The notes below the pieces were generated by a model. It was not told the origin of the DNA, did not search any database, and saw only the letters and a program-made list of their open reading frames with translations. Position numbers and translations under genes: made by a program. From Thermoproteota archaeon (lineage in GTDB: Archaea; Thermoproteota; Thermoprotei; Gearchaeales; Gearchaeaceae): a DNA stretch of 10,384 nucleotides. The stretch is from positions 1 through 10,384 of the forward strand of contig JAVVGF010000014.1 of the NCBI GenBank assembly GCA_032249235.1. Direction: 5' to 3'. Below are positions 9,148-10,384 of the stretch, piece by piece; positions within the stretch are counted from its first letter, which is position 1; every line of letters begins with the position of its first letter.

Positions 9148-10384
9148 ATGCTTAAAAAAATTCTTACTTTCGCTTTAGTGCTATTAGTAATGCTAAACAT
9201 AGTCATTTTGAAAGAAGCCTATGCACAAGCAGATCCTTATAAAGATTTAGAGAAATGGTTGCTAGATAACTTGAATATACTAGGTTTGACAATGCATAGA
9301 GGGTCTCAATATTCTATGATAGGAAATTATTTAGAACCAACAATAAAGTTTTGGGTACAGGATTATGAAACAAGAAAATCCCAATCAATGTCTATGAAAT
9401 TTTCTGATTATGTTGACTATGTTCAAAATAATAAATTAGTCTTACAAATGAACGTAACTTATTCAGGTTATAAAAGATGCGGTCCGTCAGGGTGTTTTGT
9501 ATGGCCTCCGTTTTCTTATATATATAAAAGAGCCTTTAATGATACTTCAGTACTTGGATGGGGTACATATTTGACAAGTAATTTGCCTTCTTATTCCATG
9601 ACAAACAATGAAGCCGAACCTTACACTATTAATGTCTTTAAATGGGATGTAAAGAATATCTTCCATGAAAATCCTCAATATTTATATGAATTCTTGGTAT
9701 TAGGAAATGGCTCTAATGTAAAATTACCTAAGGGTGAAAACATTTTGCTTGCGTTATCTCCTTATAAGCTAGACACTTCAGTTTATGAGCTCATTAAATC
9801 AACGTTAAAAGATAGCCCCATGCCTTATCCGAATTATCCTACTAAAATTTTGAATGAATTTGCTGAAGATGATACTTCAGCAGGCTTATTATATGTAACA
9901 TGGGAAGTTGAAGGTAATAGCGGTTATTTAAAGCCTGCAACAATTTTGAACTATACTCATCCAATTGCAAGCAATGTTACTTTAACACATTACGCTGATG
10001 GACTTATGCGTTTACAAAATGAAAGTGAGGGACAATGGTATAAAAGAACTGTTCAATATGATATGGAAAGAATAAATAAAGTTAACTTCCATGTCTCGTA
10101 TGATATTGTAAAAACTCCTATTTTTGCATCCTTTGGTTTTCCTACAAAGTCCTACACCACTATAATTGATTTATCGAATAAAGACGCAACTAGTTTACTA
10201 AAGTCTACTTCTGTATATTATATAATAGATCCTAATGTTTATAGTGGTAGGGATAAAATTAAACTAAAGATATCAGATCCAAAAGGGAAAATTAATTTAA
10301 CTTATGAAATTAACATTGAGATAGATAAAGAAAGATTCGTTATAAAGGATATAAATTTAGTTAATACATATACATTTGATCGAT
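9148..10384 (+). CDS. 3'-truncated large secreted/cell-surface glycoprotein (not in the ORF track)
   Basis: Frame +1 is open from ATG 9148 to the window end (412 codons). Sec-type signal peptide MLKKILTFALVLLVMLNIVILKEAYA|QAD, seven N-X-S/T sequons, Tyr/Asn/Thr/Ser-rich. SD-like GATGTGA at 9135-9141. Confidence 0.85.
   Translation, partial: MLKKILTFALVLLVMLNIVILKEAYAQADPYKDLEKWLLDNLNILGLTMHRGSQYSMIGNYLEPTIKFWVQDYETRKSQSMSMKFSDYVDYVQNNKLVLQMNVTYSGYKRCGPSGCFVWPPFSYIYKRAFNDTSVLGWGTYLTSNLPSYSMTNNEAEPYTINVFKWDVKNIFHENPQYLYEFLVLGNGSNVKLPKGENILLALSPYKLDTSVYELIKSTLKDSPMPYPNYPTKILNEFAEDDTSAGLLYVTWEVEGNSGYLKPATILNYTHPIASNVTLTHYADGLMRLQNESEGQWYKRTVQYDMERINKVNFHVSYDIVKTPIFASFGFPTKSYTTIIDLSNKDATSLLKSTSVYYIIDPNVYSGRDKIKLKISDPKGKINLTYEINIEIDKERFVIKDINLVNTYTFDR

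Noticed and set aside
9018-9206. 62-aa minus-strand ORF
   Set aside because: Overlaps the promoter and signal-peptide region of the large + strand gene and has no recognisable motif.

Overview
AT-rich (roughly 30% GC by eye) archaeal DNA with thermoacidophile/Thermoproteota-like proteins. The core (1746-7712) is a compact sugar-degradation cluster: a cytoplasmic GH15 glucoamylase converging on a Zn-dependent glucose dehydrogenase, which is divergent from a translationally coupled gad-kdgA-kdgK operon of the branched archaeal Entner-Doudoroff pathway. These proteins closely resemble the Sulfolobales enzymes. Next is a head-to-head pair only 40 bp apart: a DUF2258/ThermoDBP-related ssDNA-binding protein and a strongly basic, Trp-ladder HEAT-like repeat protein. 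The left flank holds the 3' part of a Cys-rich, probably secreted protein that is open from base 1, and a decayed fragment of an F420-dependent LLM oxidoreductase. The right flank holds a >=412-codon signal-peptide glycoprotein gene missing from the ORF track, preceded by a possible leaderless in-frame uORF. I saw no CRISPR array, tRNA, rRNA, integrase or transposase. The ED cluster is known biology. The best candidates for something undescribed are the ThermoDBP-RP/helical-repeat pair, the two orphan surface proteins, and the possibility that the whole block was acquired horizontally.
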